Below are positions 13,481 to 27,254 of a stretch of 64,000 bases of DNA, in pieces. This DNA is from Glaucostegus cemiculus (Eukaryota): the NCBI GenBank assembly GCA_976551045.1, contig CDPCPM010000076.1:26350001-26414000 (forward strand), read 5' to 3'. A program made the translations under genes and the position numbers. Under the pieces are notes generated by a model. It saw only the letters and a program-made list of their open reading frames with translations. It did no database searches and had not been told where the DNA came from. Numbering within the stretch: position 1 is the stretch's first letter; the number at the start of each line of letters is the position of its first letter.

Positions 13481-14568
13481 ACTTGCTCTATGTATCATGT
13501 ACTGAAGCCATCAAGTAGCAAGAGTGTCTTATGTCGAGGTCCTTGTGCACTGCAATCCAACTTGAACTTTGGATTGGTGGCTTATAGAATTCCGAAAGCT
13601 TTGTTCAGCAGGGAATTGCCATCTAGCAGAAACAGAGGGATGGCTGAAGCACTCTGACAATGCACATGAAGACACTTTGAAATGTTGTAACATCATTGCC
13701 AACACTAGTGAAAAATCCAGCAACCAATGGATGTGAAGCCATGGATATCATTGAGAGTTAGGCTCAAAACAACGGAGATTCATCCATTGGTTCAGTGGGA
13801 AACTCCATTAAATATATTGATCAAAAAAGCTTCTTAACGCCAGCATTCCCCAGGGGAAGGTGTTATTCTAGAACATTTTAGGAAAAGGAGGTGCTAATTA
13901 AGATTGTATTCTATTTGGCATCACACGTTAACTCACATGAAGTATCAGTCTGATTTCTAATTTCCACTGTATCCTCAATTCAAAGTTGCTCACAAGAAAG
14001 TGGAAGGAAGCAGTTGACAAAATCAGGTCAACTGACATCTCAAGATCCATTTCACAGATCTTTCAAGTTACTGTTTAATCCTCACTCACCTCATAGGACT
14101 GTGAAGACAAAACAATAAGACTGTTGCTTTATATCAATCATTTTACCATCTGATCCGATGAGCTTACCAATGTAATTCTCAAACTCGACGTGGAAAATAG
14201 AAATATAAAGGTTGATTCTGCTACTGCAGAATTGCAAAGTGGAGCTGTACTCACAGGGGACACAGGATGGAAAATTGAGGTGGTAACATTGTACTATAAT
14301 GTCTGAACCACATTTTCTGCAATTACCCCTTTGTTCTAAATAAAAGACAAAGAGTTTGACCTGAACTGTATCATGCTTAGTTTTCTAAATGGCAGAGTTT
14401 ATCCTGTCAGGAACGAACTGTATGCCGCAAGAAAGTTTGATGTTTGAATCTGTTTTACTGATGTTACACATCTTAGGAAAATGCTACAACTTCTAGAGAT
14501 AAAGGGCTGCTCCTGAACCAGTCCTTCACCCCATCGCCCTCCACCTCATCATCTTCTCTCAAACAGTT

Positions 14569-15645
14569 TTTTTAAATTTCAAAATATACTTTATTCATAA
14601 AACAAAACTATATACAATAATAATGAGAGAAACCATTCACACCATTACATTCGTGTACAGATCCATTCTTAGTGTTACCTTTTTATATGTACAGAAAAAA
14701 AAACAGCACCGATGCCACACGTGTGGCTCCCTGGGGTGATACCCCAATCACATATTTACAACACTTGAGGGGCTTTCTTGCCTGACCCCGCCCCTCCCTC
14801 TCCTGTGGCAGAAAAACCCATGACTGACGTCCTTTCCCACCAAGCCCTTGCGCTGGCTGCGCCTAGCCTCAGTGCGTCCCTCAGCACATACTCCTGCAAC
14901 CTGGAATGTGCCAGTCGGCAGCATTCCTCTACGGACATCTCACAGTGCTGGGAGACCAACAACTCTCGGGCAGACCAAAGGGCGTCTTTCACCGAGTTGA
15001 TGACCCTCCAGCAGCAGTTGATGTCCGTCTCTGTGTGCGTACCCGGGAACAGCCCATAGAGCAGAGAGTCCTCTGTTATGCAGCTGCTGGGGATGAACCG
15101 TGTCAAGGAACCTTGCATCTTTCGCCACACCCTCCTCGCAAACCTACAGTCAGCAAAGAGGTGGGCGACCGTCTCGTCCCCAGCACAGTCCTCCCGGGGG
15201 CAGCGCGCGCTGGGGGTGATGCTCCGACCGTGCAGGAAGGATCTGACTGGGAGGGCCCCTCTCACCGCCAGCCAAGCCAGGTCTTGGTGCTTGTTGGTGA
15301 GTTGTGGCGATGAGGCATTCTGCCAGATGTTCTGGACAGTCTGCTCAGGGAACCACCCCACCGTGTCCATCGAATCCTTCTCCTGCAGTGTCTGCAGGAT
15401 GTTCCGGGCTGACCACTTCCTGATGGACTTAACGTCCAAGGTGTTGGTCCGGAAGAACTGTTCCACAAGGGACAGGTAGTGTGGCAACGTCCAGCTGATC
15501 GGGACGCCGTGTGGCCACGGGACCAGGCCCATCCTTCGTAGTGCCGGGGACAGGTAGAACCTCGGTACGTAGTGACACTTGGTGCCCACGTACTTGGGTT
15601 CCACGCACAGCCTGATGCAGCCACAGACGAAGGTGGCCATCAGGG
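14569..15645 (-). mobile_element. Tx1/L1-clade LINE, 5'-truncated and young (ORF2 C-terminal ~295 aa with zf-RVT, 3' UTR, A-tail)
   Basis: Uninterrupted ORF (track 14756-15661) with DLAWLAVRGALPVR, CPREDC...ETVAHLFADC and KDALWSAR. GC- and CpG-rich relative to its flanks. AATAAA and poly(A) at ~14567-14596. Confidence 0.92.
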
Positions 15646-18600
15646 CAGTTACCCAGAGCATCTAGCATAAAGCTCTGGTTACTTATTTTTATCTACTGCC
15701 TTCATTTGCTGGAATTGTACTTTAACAGTTAACATTAAACATAAGAATAGAGGAAGTATTACAACATTTAGAAAAAGAGAAATATTTTAATGGCTTCTGA
15801 TAAGGCTAAGGAAAAAGTATTAGTGTTTTTGAATATTTTTAATATGTATTGACTGACAAATGAATTCATTTAGTAAGATTTCTATGAGGATAGGATGAGT
15901 CCTATGAAGGATTGCTGCAAGCAATATACCACAGAAATCTGAGCAGAGTTTATTTGACCCACTTAACCCATGCAGTTTAAGTAAAGCACATTTACAACAT
16001 CATAAGAAAAACTATAGAGAGGTAAGTATCCCACCGAGTGTTAACCAATTCCCTCTGCTAGAATGATTTACCATCTCCATGTACATAATATTTTTTAATA
16101 ATAGGTATATGTGAAAATTGTGATTACAGTTGAATAATTAAATATGTTCAGTGATTATATGTCTGAATTGCCTTCCATTTTTACATTGAATCCTATTACA
16201 AAACAAATATTCAAAGGATCATCAAATCTGGAATCATTTGAAGCTGTCGTGTGAAGTTAAGCAGTTTTCATAAATCCTCCACTGTTGCTTCCAGCCCCAC
16301 AAGATCCTGTGAGGGGTGGGGTGCAGTGCGGGTGTGGAAATAGTATTTGATCAAAACAATCCCAAATGTAAATAGTACTGGGAAAGTATTCATAAAAGGA
16401 AGAATGTACAGAGCATTGCATATTTAAGGCAACAAGTTTCCCCTTTTCTATATTCAGTCTGTGCCACATGGGGACCATTTCCATTCTTTGAGAGCTATCA
16501 AGTGGGCTATGAATTTCTCACTGGCTTCTGATACCTTTGCTCAATGGATGATTGCTAGTGCCAACTGCATAAAAATCAGCCCATGGCAGATGGTGCTTTT
16601 TCCACAAGAAAGAAAACAAATCCAGACATCAACAAAGAGCACTGACATTTAATCAAATAGATAAGTGCAGTCACCATCAGAACAGGAGGCGGGTGGATAC
16701 TCTCTGGATAAAAGTACTGATACCAACCTGTGCAAATTGGAGAGAAAAACCCTACAATTAATTGTAAACTCCTATATAGGTGGAAAATGCACAGAATCAA
16801 GCCATTTATAAAGTTACACTGATGAATGAAAAATTAAATGTTCTGTGAACACTCACTATATTATGGATTCTAAAGCAGTAAGAAATCAATATTACATTTT
16901 GTTCAGAATATTCAGCCTAATATGGGACATTCCTTCTTCCAGACAATGGTGGGAAATTTTTGCATCATTTGGACAATGCTTCTTTTGTTAAGAAACTTTT
17001 ACGAAATCTCCTGTGATTGTCTTAGAGATTAACTATAACTACTTTCTTAATGCTGCTGGGAAGACTCTTGCTTTTCTATTTAGTTTATCTCTGGAGAGTT
17101 TTTTTTTGCTCTGATTGTGGAGTCAGCAGCAATACAGCTGAAGTGCTGGTGTGGTGTTAGCTCTTTTTAAAATCAATTAACACATTTAACACACAGAAGA
17201 ACAACCTTTACCCAGCATTAGCTTTAACATGCTTTTGCAGCAAACACTAAAGGACTTGTGCATTGTCAAAATGCATAAAACTTTTCAAGTAAACTACACA
17301 TGGGGCATTCAGACAATGCCAAAAATAATTGTGAACAATGAATGCATTAATTAAAACCGTAAAGCCGGAATAATGCAATTGAATTGAATCATCAAAAACA
17401 CAAATAACAGAAGAGAAGTCTGTAGACTTGCATGATATAGACTGAGAACTGACACAGTTTGTCAGCTTTTGCTCATGCAGCTCGAGGGTTAGAACATCAG
17501 TTTCTGCAATGACTTCAGCTTCTGCCCAGAGATGTAGAAGAACATGTGTTGCTGGATTTTAGACGTAGACTTTATGTAGAGCAATTAAGCAGGTGTGGCG
17601 GGGAGATGCAGGTGAAGGGGTTGGCTGTAGTAGTGAGGTCCAGAAATAGGAAGGATGACTGTGAGTATGGCCCTGGGAATCCAGACAGTTCACAGCTTTG
17701 CAGCATTTTCCTGTGCATCACCAGATATTAAAAAATAGGCTTATCTTTGGCTCTGATGCAAGGAATGTAATCTCATATGGCATGGTTCACAAAATGGATT
17801 ATTCTGCTGCATGGCCAAGGTCGTAAGTGTGCATTCTACTTGTAAAGTATCAATGAAGTTTTCTAGTCAGAAAATTCCCAAGCCTCGCTGACACTCTGGA
17901 GAATTCCCATTCTGCTTTTTTCCCAATTGCTATTCTTGTTTATATCCTTCCTGTCCCTGCCTGTGTATTAGATCATGTTGTAGGCTCTAAACACACTGTA
18001 AACTCACAAAGTACTCTGTACTAATTAGCCTCTTCCTGTTCTTAATGAACTAAACAGTGTCTTTAGAATTAAGATTGGATTATCGCAGTTCTGTCGAGTT
18101 TTTATTTACTCTAAAAGTTTGTGTTGAAAGACAATACAAAATGATAGCAGTAGCTCACTAAACTGGACAAAATGACTGTTGTGCTTGGGGTTTTTTTTAG
18201 AAACGTGCTTACTTTTCATTAAAGCTGAGAACAGTGCAGGCATTGCACAAATCAATTGGCTGCCTGCTTACTACTGCATTTACATAGAGCTTCCAAACAG
18301 GGATTTCTTCCCTTTAGTCCTAATAAAATTTAGATTTTGGAGTGAAAAGGGGAATCAAGAAAAACAAATAGTATTAAAATTAAAAGAGTGTGTAAATGAG
18401 GATGAAGAGTTCCCCAAGGACCTAATAACTGGTCATTTCTAGTCCTTCAGAATTGCTGTTTATCTGATCCAATTAAATGTTCCAATCCAGTGTGGAGTCC
18501 AATTACCTAAAACAGCACTGATCACAGGGAATAGGAAGGTGGACACCTAAGACCAGGACATCAAGAGTTCTGACCACTGAAAACAAATCTGGCAGCAGGA

Positions 18601-18784
18601 GGCAGGCACCAGTAACTATATGATGCCCCCAAAGAGAAGAATGTTAATACTAGTTGGGGAATGGAGGGATGTCAATTAGAAAATGAAAGGGAAAAACTGG
18701 GTTTGCATGGGAAAACCAAGAAACTAAAAGCAGTTAAAAAGATTGAAACATTTGCCTAGCAAGTTGGGATATGTTTTAGACAAT

Positions 18785-19268
18785 ACTTTATATTGGCTTA
18801 TTAGTTTATTGTTGTCACATGTACTGAGGTACAGTGACAAACTTTTGTTTGCATGCCAGCCAGGCTGATCATGCCATACACAAGTACTTTGAGGTAGTAA
18901 AAAGAAAACAGAATGCAGAATACAATGTTGCAACTACAGAGAAAGTGCAGTGGAGATAAACAGTAAAATGCAAGGGCCACAATGAAGTAGATTGGGAGAT
19001 CCAGAATTTGTCTTTAGCATATGAGAGGTCTGTTCAAGGGTCTGATAAGAATGGGATAGAGGCTGCCTTTGAGTCTGGTGGTACATGCGTTTAAGCTTTT
19101 GTATCTTCTTCCAATGGGAGAGGGGAGAAGAGAGAATGATTGGGGTGGGAGGGCTCCTTAATTATTTTGGCTCCTTTCCCAAGACAGTGAGTAGTGTAGA
19201 TGGAGTCAACGGAGGAGAAGCTGGCTTGATATGTTAGACTGGGCTGCATTCACAACTCTCTGCAATAT
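18785..19268 (-). mobile_element. Rex1/Babar-type LINE 3' end
   Basis: The reverse strand reads GRRYKSLNACTTRLKGSLYPILIRPLN. The 3' UTR (ttattgttgtcacatgtactgaggtacagtga) belongs to the same family as 45560-45895. Confidence 0.8.
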
Positions 19269-20649
19269 TGAGCAAAAAACATTGATAGAATTGGTTTACT
19301 AGTAATAATTAGTAACCCCCTGAAATAATGTAGGACTCTATATGGAGACCAGAATGGAGTGCAAAGATTTCCCATCATTTATAGAGGGAATCAGCTTGGA
19401 TAACCAGCACCAGTTGTGATTTGTCACAGGGAGATCTTTTTGAATCTCAGTGGAAGAGAATAATAATAAGCAGCTAAGTGTTAAATTTAAGCAAACAGAA
19501 GTTTTAGAACAAAATCTAAGTGCATATTATGTTAGAATTTCATTAATTTTCAACATTAGTTTGCTTAACTTTACAAATTCTGTTTGAATGTCAGAAACAT
19601 TCAGAGTTTTTGACAGAAATGGCAGCCCATCAAGAAAGAGCAATTAGCTTTCTGTCAAAGATTTTTTTTCAGCTGTTTCATGGATAGGGCTGGTTTTAAT
19701 TCTCCAATACAAAATCATTTGTATTGCCAAAGGCCTTGTCAGCGTGTTGGGCCTAGGCGCAGGGACCAAGCCTGCTTCTACTATTCCTACTGGGGAATCT
19801 GTGCAAGTTGTGTTCATATTTTCTCATAGACAGACAGCTCACCACTGGCAACAAACTCAGGAGCAATATGTGAATAGAGCTTATATGTCAGATGTGCAGA
19901 TTTGGTTTAATCCTAAAGTTGGGGTGCAGTTAGGATACAACTAAATGGCATAAATTAATACAGTATAAACAGGATTTATGGTTCCTTATTTCCTTAAACC
20001 ATCTGGAATACTGAGCTATATATCGAATTGTGTGCAGTGATACAAAGCTGGGCATTTGATCACAGTTGCACTGTAGGCAGTTGAGTGAGATAGTTTAGTT
20101 AGCTTATAAGTTTGATTTGTCTGTATATAGATTTCCTATCCGATATTAAAATAAATAAATAGCCCATCTGCATGACTAGGTATTATTGATGCTGTTGATG
20201 GTAGAATGGTACAGTATGTACAAAAGACTAAAAGAGATACTTCTTGTCTCTGTATTAATGCAACAACGTTGCATTTATATAGCACTCATGAAAAGACTAA
20301 GACTGTAGAAGATAGGCAGAACAAATAAATAGTAAAAAGACACAAAAACTTCAGAGGAAGGAACGAAAAGTCAACAACAACTTTTGTGTGCAAGTGGTAT
20401 TGAGAAAAAATTAGAAGTCAGGATAGTAAAGACTGAATAAATGCAATCTGATGCTAGAAAAGCAAGGGACAGGAAAATGTAATATTGTGCCAAAAGAATG
20501 AGGCAGATGTTCAGTTCCCTGCACTTCTGGAAATGACAGAGCAGACATGAGAGGATTGGAAATAATCTTGAAGTTGATTAGTTGGCACTCAGCAGGACAA
20601 GTACATTAGCTATGTGGAGCTTGCATAGTACTCCAATTGGGCTATACTT

Positions 20650-21110
20650 GACGTATTATGAAGACTTCCTGTCTTCATACCATAAAAAGGACATAGAAAC
20701 TCTAGAGACAATAGAGATGGAGTTCCAATGTTGGGACCAGAATTGAAAGATTACAGCTTTCAAGAAAGCTTGAACAGATTCAAACTCCTGAGAAATTTAA
20801 GACAGAGCTATTCTAAGATTGGTAATCGGTTGGACAAGATTTTGAACATTTATAAAGCAAGTTTCCAGATAAAAAAGTCCAGTTCAAGGAATGAAACATT
20901 CAAAATAATTTAATAGGGAAATAAGGAAAGAAGTCATTACTGAGATGGTATAAATGCCTTAAAAGGAATCCAGATAAGTATGTGAGAGAAAATAGCTGTG
21001 CTGAAAGGGTGGGATGAGGTACATGGAATGGAAGGAGAGCCATGTGGATTATAAATATAAACATAGATTATCTGAGCTGAATGCCTGTGTCGATGCTGCG
21101 GGTTCTGCCT
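20650..21110 (+). mobile_element. Old CR1 LINE 3' fragment
   Basis: Degraded YHKKDIETLE...PELKDYSFQESLNRFKL, ending in a gagctgaatgcctgtgtcgatgctg tail. Confidence 0.6.
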
Positions 21111-21479
21111 CATATGCAGGACCAAAATTCTGCATTAGCTGATGTTGGTTAATAGTGGAGGCAGTAAAACTAATTTGTTTTATCATTATTACAGCTTTGA
21201 AAATGTAGGAATTATCAGTGTGGAAGTCTTTAGGCAGATCTTAATCAAGGATAAGTGAAAGGCCATCCTTCATAATCTTCCATTAAAGTACATACCTACT
21301 GCATCATACTTTTGCTTTAGATTCCACCTCTTACTTAGCAAATCACTTACTCATTGATTAAACTATTGTCCAGCAATTAAATCAGAGCATTTAAATCTGA
21401 GATTGCATTTGAGGGAAAGTTAAGTAATGTTGATTTAGTGTTTAAAGGTTGCCCATTTGTAAAAAAAACAGCATTTGGT

Positions 21480-21700
21480 TGATGGATTTCAGAGTGAGGG
21501 CTGAACCCCCATTGCTCATTCCCCACCTTGACATTCCTTCTGCTATCAGATGTTCCACCACCACTAGTCCTGTGGTAATTTCAGAGCACCAGGAGCCAAT
21601 GTATAATGACTTTGAAAGCCTCTTAAATAAGGAAGAGCACCATCTAGTTGTGGAAGGATACCCAGTAATAACAATAAAGAAGATGATGATGCACATAGCT
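21480..21700 (-). mobile_element. Decayed LINE APE-endonuclease N-terminal fragment
   Basis: IVITGYP...HRTSGGGT resembles the ITIPGY...DRxxRGGG motif of L2/CR1-group endonucleases. Confidence 0.4.
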
Positions 21701-24700
21701 TATTTCACAAAGAATTATGATTTTATTATATCTGCATCTGATTTTAGGTCAATTGAATTTATGGTAACTATCAACCACACATTCAGTTTTAAATTCCAGT
21801 TCTTTAGTGCCGGTTGCAGACTAATTGTTTCTATTCTCTTGCAGATAGAACATACATGAAAACATCCATCCTGTACTGAGAGACAATTTTTACCAAACTG
21901 AACCATGTTATGACAACATATCCACACTCCAGTGAAACCAAGGCTGGGTACAGCAAACACTTCAAGCCACTTTCAGTCAAAGCAACCTCAGTTCATACAT
22001 TTTAAAAAGGAAAAAAAAAGTAACCACATGCATTGTGGTGGATTAGTGCTGTAGCATCATTTGCGCTGCAGGTAATGTTGCCAATGTGGTGAAGTTTTTA
22101 TACTAGATTTGCTGCACCAGAACAATGTACCTGGTAAGAGTCATGCTTTGTTGGTTAAAGCATAGTGTGCCATGCTATTTTAAAGCACATGAACAGCCAA
22201 CACAAACAGAAGAGACATTGCAGATTGGTGAATTTACAGCACATCAGGCCTAATACAAGGCTGTTAAGAACAATTAGCCCAGAGGCAACTGAAGAGCTTT
22301 GTAATTAATGGCTGAAGAAATCCTGCAACAAAACTGTTCATTGTAATTATTAATAAAGCTTTCTCTGTTAAAACTGGTCTATTTTAAAAAAAAGGGCCCT
22401 ATTTAGAAAAAAGGTGGAAGAAGCAGCAACGTTTTGCTGAGTAATGGCGCCCTTCAGTTTTGTGATCCATCTGCAAGAAAAGCATTGATTTGTCATTAAC
22501 ATCTTTTACACTCCACTCAGATACTGGGGAAGGAAGTGAAATATATGCAGTAGAATATTAGGAAATGAAACCTTTTTAAATGGCTAGTTGCTCGTATACG
22601 CTACCATTATTTCGTTAAAAATATTTAGTTTAAATTTCAACTTCTGACCAGTAAAACGGAATGTTAACTAGTAAAGATACAATGTTAATAGAACTTTCAG
22701 TTTGTCTTTTGTCTTTGCAAAGCTGTTCACAAAACATTGTCCCTGCTGTTCAATTCAAATTGACAGTAAAATTGGTGCTGATGTTAATTATTGTTTATAG
22801 CTTTGTAGTAAAGTATGAATACCACAAGCTCACTGCATATCATGTGCAGACATTGTTAAAGAAAGCTTACACTCAATGCAGTACTGTAAAAATCTCAGTT
22901 GCAAATGGCTTATGTCTGCACTCTGTTCCAAATAGGAACTTGTTCCAATGTAATCATCACTTTAAGTGAAGAAATGAATTGTAAATAACTGGAAGTAAAT
23001 TAAGAGTCTTCTGTTGGGTAGTGCAGATCATTTATATTTTTGCTTCAGTTAACTGCCTTATTAATGATTTATGAATGTGTATGCAGCTGGAAAAACAGCT
23101 GAGTTACAGTCCCTATCTCACACTTAAGGAAAATTATACACAAGAAACCTTACTGCTTGCTTCAAGCAGGAGAGAAATCCTCAACATAAAATGTTAAAAG
23201 AATCAACAGGATTGAATGATGACATTTCGTAGTTTTGGCCTTCACACTTCACAGATGGAACCTGTACAGTTAACAATTGGCTGAAAAAGCAGTCCGTCGC
23301 TTTTATAGACAAAGAGGTATATGTTGTAATGCCATGTTACAATATAAATCATATTGAGCGTATACACAAATATCTGGAGGATAAGAATAAATAGATCACG
23401 AGTTATGTTCTTAACTGTCCCATACAATGGCACAGCTTACCTTTTGAAAGTAATCAGCGTTCTCACATGAAGTAAGTTGTTCACAAATTTTACTGCACTA
23501 CTTTAGTAATCCATCTCTTTTCATGGACTAGAAATCACGAGGTTTGAACCAGTGTAAAGCATAAGCCATTATTTAATGATACTTTTTATTAAGTGACCCT
23601 TTTAGCAGTTCAACTTATAATATGTTGATAACATGCAAGAGTAAAAAGAAATTCAATCAATTCTTTGGTGATAGTTGTACTGAAGAGCTTCACTCATTTG
23701 GAAGATAGGATTCTACCCAAAGACCAAGGTTATCCAAGTTAATTTCAGTGCTTATGTAAAAGTATCATCAACACTTAACACATTGTTGACAACTTTTGCA
23801 CTTTCCCAGCCGGAGATGCAATTTAAAATGCTGCAGGGAGCACATAATATTTAACTTCGAGCTTCTGAATGTTGAACTACATTGTTTTCTTAATTACATC
23901 ATTTCATTCCAATGCCACAAAACAAATGAGAATATGCATTAGGAATATCTTTTTTGGTAACATAGTTGCTGTTACTTAAACTAAAACAAAAATTTCCCTT
24001 CCTGTACTTATGACATTGTTTTGTTTCTGAATCACTTCCTTTCATATGGATTTGCTCTTAAATATGGCTGGCTGATTTTGCTCCATTCTCATTATGAGAA
24101 GCTTAATCACCATGTGTTTATATGATCAAATATATGAGGTTCCATATTAAACTTTATTTGGGCACAAAGTGGCAATAGGGTTCACACTGAGGGTAAAAGT
24201 GCACTCAATAGGCAAGGGATACAATCTCATGTTTTTTCAACAATATTAAATGAAAATCTCAAAATGTTCCCATTAATACTCTCACTGTATTTTAGTATTG
24301 GAGTTTTAGCCATTACTGTACTTCAGGACCATAGCAACTTTTAAGGGCCATTATGTGTGAAGTCCTTTCAGATCCTGCTGGCAGTGAGCAACCATGTCAC
24401 TGTAAATACAGAAGGATACTGGAGAATGCATTTAGGGTTTCCACATTTCACATCGAACTGAATCCAAGTAGATTTTGGACTCACAGGTCATAGTTAGTTG
24501 AAAATCAGTACATTTCAGACAGTGAGTCAGTTTTAAAGACTTTCACTATCAGCTTCTTCCAGGAATATAATAGTTACAGTTAAACAAAATTATAAACTGT
24601 GAGCAGCATTGGTTTTTCATTACAATTAATTATAGATGTAAGAAAAGAACACACAAAGGCAAATTTAATTTGCCAAATGTAATTGAATATAACTACAATA

Positions 24701-26349
24701 TAATAGCATCTGCTATCTACATAAAGCATGACCTGTCTTTTATAAGACCAGGCAATGTTTCTGATGGAGATTACACCAGATAAACCAAACATAACTATGT
24801 TGGCACGTGGCAATATCTGGGGTATAATAGAACCAGAGATTATTTTTGGTTTGAAAAGTAAAGCCAGCAATTGTGTTCTCTTAAAATACACAGATTGCAT
24901 TCATAATTACAAGATTCTAGGACTTGGTGATTACCTCAGATGAATCCTATACCTGGAATATTCACCCCATATCAAGCAGAGATATACTGTTTCTAATATT
25001 TTCTTTGAATGATGAGACCACACAGATAAGCAAACTCAATTCATGACAACCTTCATCTGGTGAATAAATTTCACACACAGCAAAAGAAATGATTTTATTT
25101 AATTACAGTTGCTGACGGTTTTACATATTCTTATAAACTGTGAAGTTCAAACAGCAAACAAGTAGCACCTGCATTTATTTCTCTCTGATACAAATGACAA
25201 GCTTTTCAGCAAATGGACCTTTGTGTCACACATTAATGCAAAGGCGTAATTCACAGAGAAATGTGTTTAATTATCAGTGTGTTTGGGTATCATGTTACTT
25301 AACTATAACTGGTTGGTGTTGGGTCAGCTGAAAACAATTTGTCGGACTGTAGAGTTTAGCATGCTGCTCTGGTCAATGAATTGCTAAAAAATCCCTTTTT
25401 CATTTTACTTAAGTGTTTATTGACCTGCATACATTTAATTCATAAACTGCTGCTGTTTTATGAAAAAACTGACACTGGAGCTAAACAAAAGTTAGGGTTA
25501 ATGGGATCTGGACCGAAATCTGTTCAAAGCTGGAAAAAGCACATATCTGCTGTTGAATATAAAGTTGAAACCAGATTTTGCCACCCAACTCATTTTCAAT
25601 GGGCCCTGCTGAGAGTTACTATGAAGTAATCATTTAAAAAGCAAAAATGAGCTTTTTGTGAATGACAAACAATCTTTTGTTAACCTTGTAAGTAAAATGA
25701 ATGTAGCCGTTATGTTTGTTGCATTCATCACCCTTCTGTGCTTCATTAGTAATATCAGCACATTTGTTTACTTTCCTCCAAATTCATCTTCCATCAATTT
25801 TAAGACAAGATAAGATCTTGTATTTTGATAAGATCTGACAGACGATCATTACAGGAGTACAAGCTTGATCAAACAGTCTGGTTTGTTATTTATTTTCTGT
25901 TTAATAAAGTTGATCAATAATTAGACATGAACAACTAATCAGAATATTTACTCCCCTCAAAAACAGACTTTGCAATATTTCTGCTAGGTTATTAATACTT
26001 TTCTGTCCAGCAAGTCTTAAGTGCAAATAGCACAACTTGAGCACTGATGTTAATAATATTAATACAAATAGACTAAAGGAAAATACAATTTGCTGACATT
26101 CTCTTCAACAAAATGGAAGGGTTTTTTTTCTTAACTCATCCTTAGCTTCTATTTTACTTCTACAAAGTGAACATTCGCAACAGCTGCTTCCAATTTGCAT
26201 TTGTTTTTAAAGGAGAACTATATTCCAATGACTCGCCATAAAATTCCTAAATATTATAAAAGGAGAGGGTAAGTACTTTTTCAGGAGCCTATTGTTGCCA
26301 TATGGTGTGCTTTTGGACAGCTGCTTAGAGACAGCCTGGAAGCAGACAT

Positions 26350-27000
26350 GTTGGGGTTATTTTAACCCTACAAATCAGGCAGGTCTGATTCAGCTGCAAT
26401 TAAAATATTAAAATCCTGAAACATGAATCAAACCTGTCCATTTATCTTATCTTATGGATTTACTAGAGATGGGATGAGACATGGATGGTTGATCCATCCC
26501 AAGGATCAGGTAGATTTGTTAACAAAAGCACTTACAGGTCTGTTACAGTGCGGGCTGGGAAGATGAAGAATGGCTCCTCCAGGCCCAAGAAGTAAACCTA
26601 TCACTATCTTCACCTTCTTCCACAATCTCCAGTGTCACCCCTGATCTCTGATGCCTCGCAATCAGTGAAGCACCCCACAACCACAGAACACTCAAAATTA
26701 ACTCCTCCATTACTGTCACCCCATGCCTGAAACTCCCGATCATTTGCTGCCATTATTGATCCTTTATGAAATGTGTATCATCAATCTACAATTAGCCATT
26801 TGTCTCTTCCTGTTCTTCCACCTCTGCCTTTCCAATTCTCCTTTGATTTCTTCACATCTCTGCTGTCTTTAACCATGCCGTGTTCAACCTTGACCTTCCC
26901 ATTGATGTGGTACCCATCATCTTACCCTCACCTCGCCATCTTACACTGTCTCCACCTTCCCCGTTGAGGGGGAGACCTGTTAGCCTCAGCCAATTGTTAG
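26350..27000. mobile_element. Probable old Harbinger-type non-autonomous element remnant
   Basis: Starts ggggttattttaaccc...ttaaaatattaaaatcc...aacctg, an end pattern I associate with elasmobranch DNA-transposon relics. Confidence 0.3.
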
Positions 27001-27254
27001 GCAATTTATGGTAATGAGACCAAGGAGTCGGAAAGTCCTGAGTCTCACATTTGGTTCAAATAGGGGCTGGACTTCCTTTCTTGACTGCTAATTCTAGGAA
27101 GTATTTCCACATTATCACCCTAATACTTATGGCCCATTGTTACTGATTCAACAACAGTCTGCTGATATGTACCCTGTCAGTGTTGCAGTGAATTTGTGTT
27201 ACAACTTCAATTGCTGTTAATTAGAACTAATTTGTTAAACAAAAAGGTTAAGGG

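Noticed and set aside
14778-15668. Several overlapping 60-135 aa ORFs on both strands
   Set aside because: Shadow frames of the GC-rich Tx1-like ORF2.
15976-16030. Perfect donor ag|gtaagt with a short upstream open frame (LSKAHLQHHKKNYRE)
   Set aside because: Poor acceptor and unrecognised peptide; a few such donors are expected by chance.
22107-22133. 27-nt plus-strand microexon candidate (LLHQNNVP, donor gtaaga)
   Set aside because: Short, weak pyrimidine tract and no plus-strand host gene evident.
24733-24879. 147-nt minus-strand open frame between AG and GT (RTQLLALLFKPK...WSYKRQ)
   Set aside because: Weak donor (gtcatg), no recognisable protein similarity and no partner exons.
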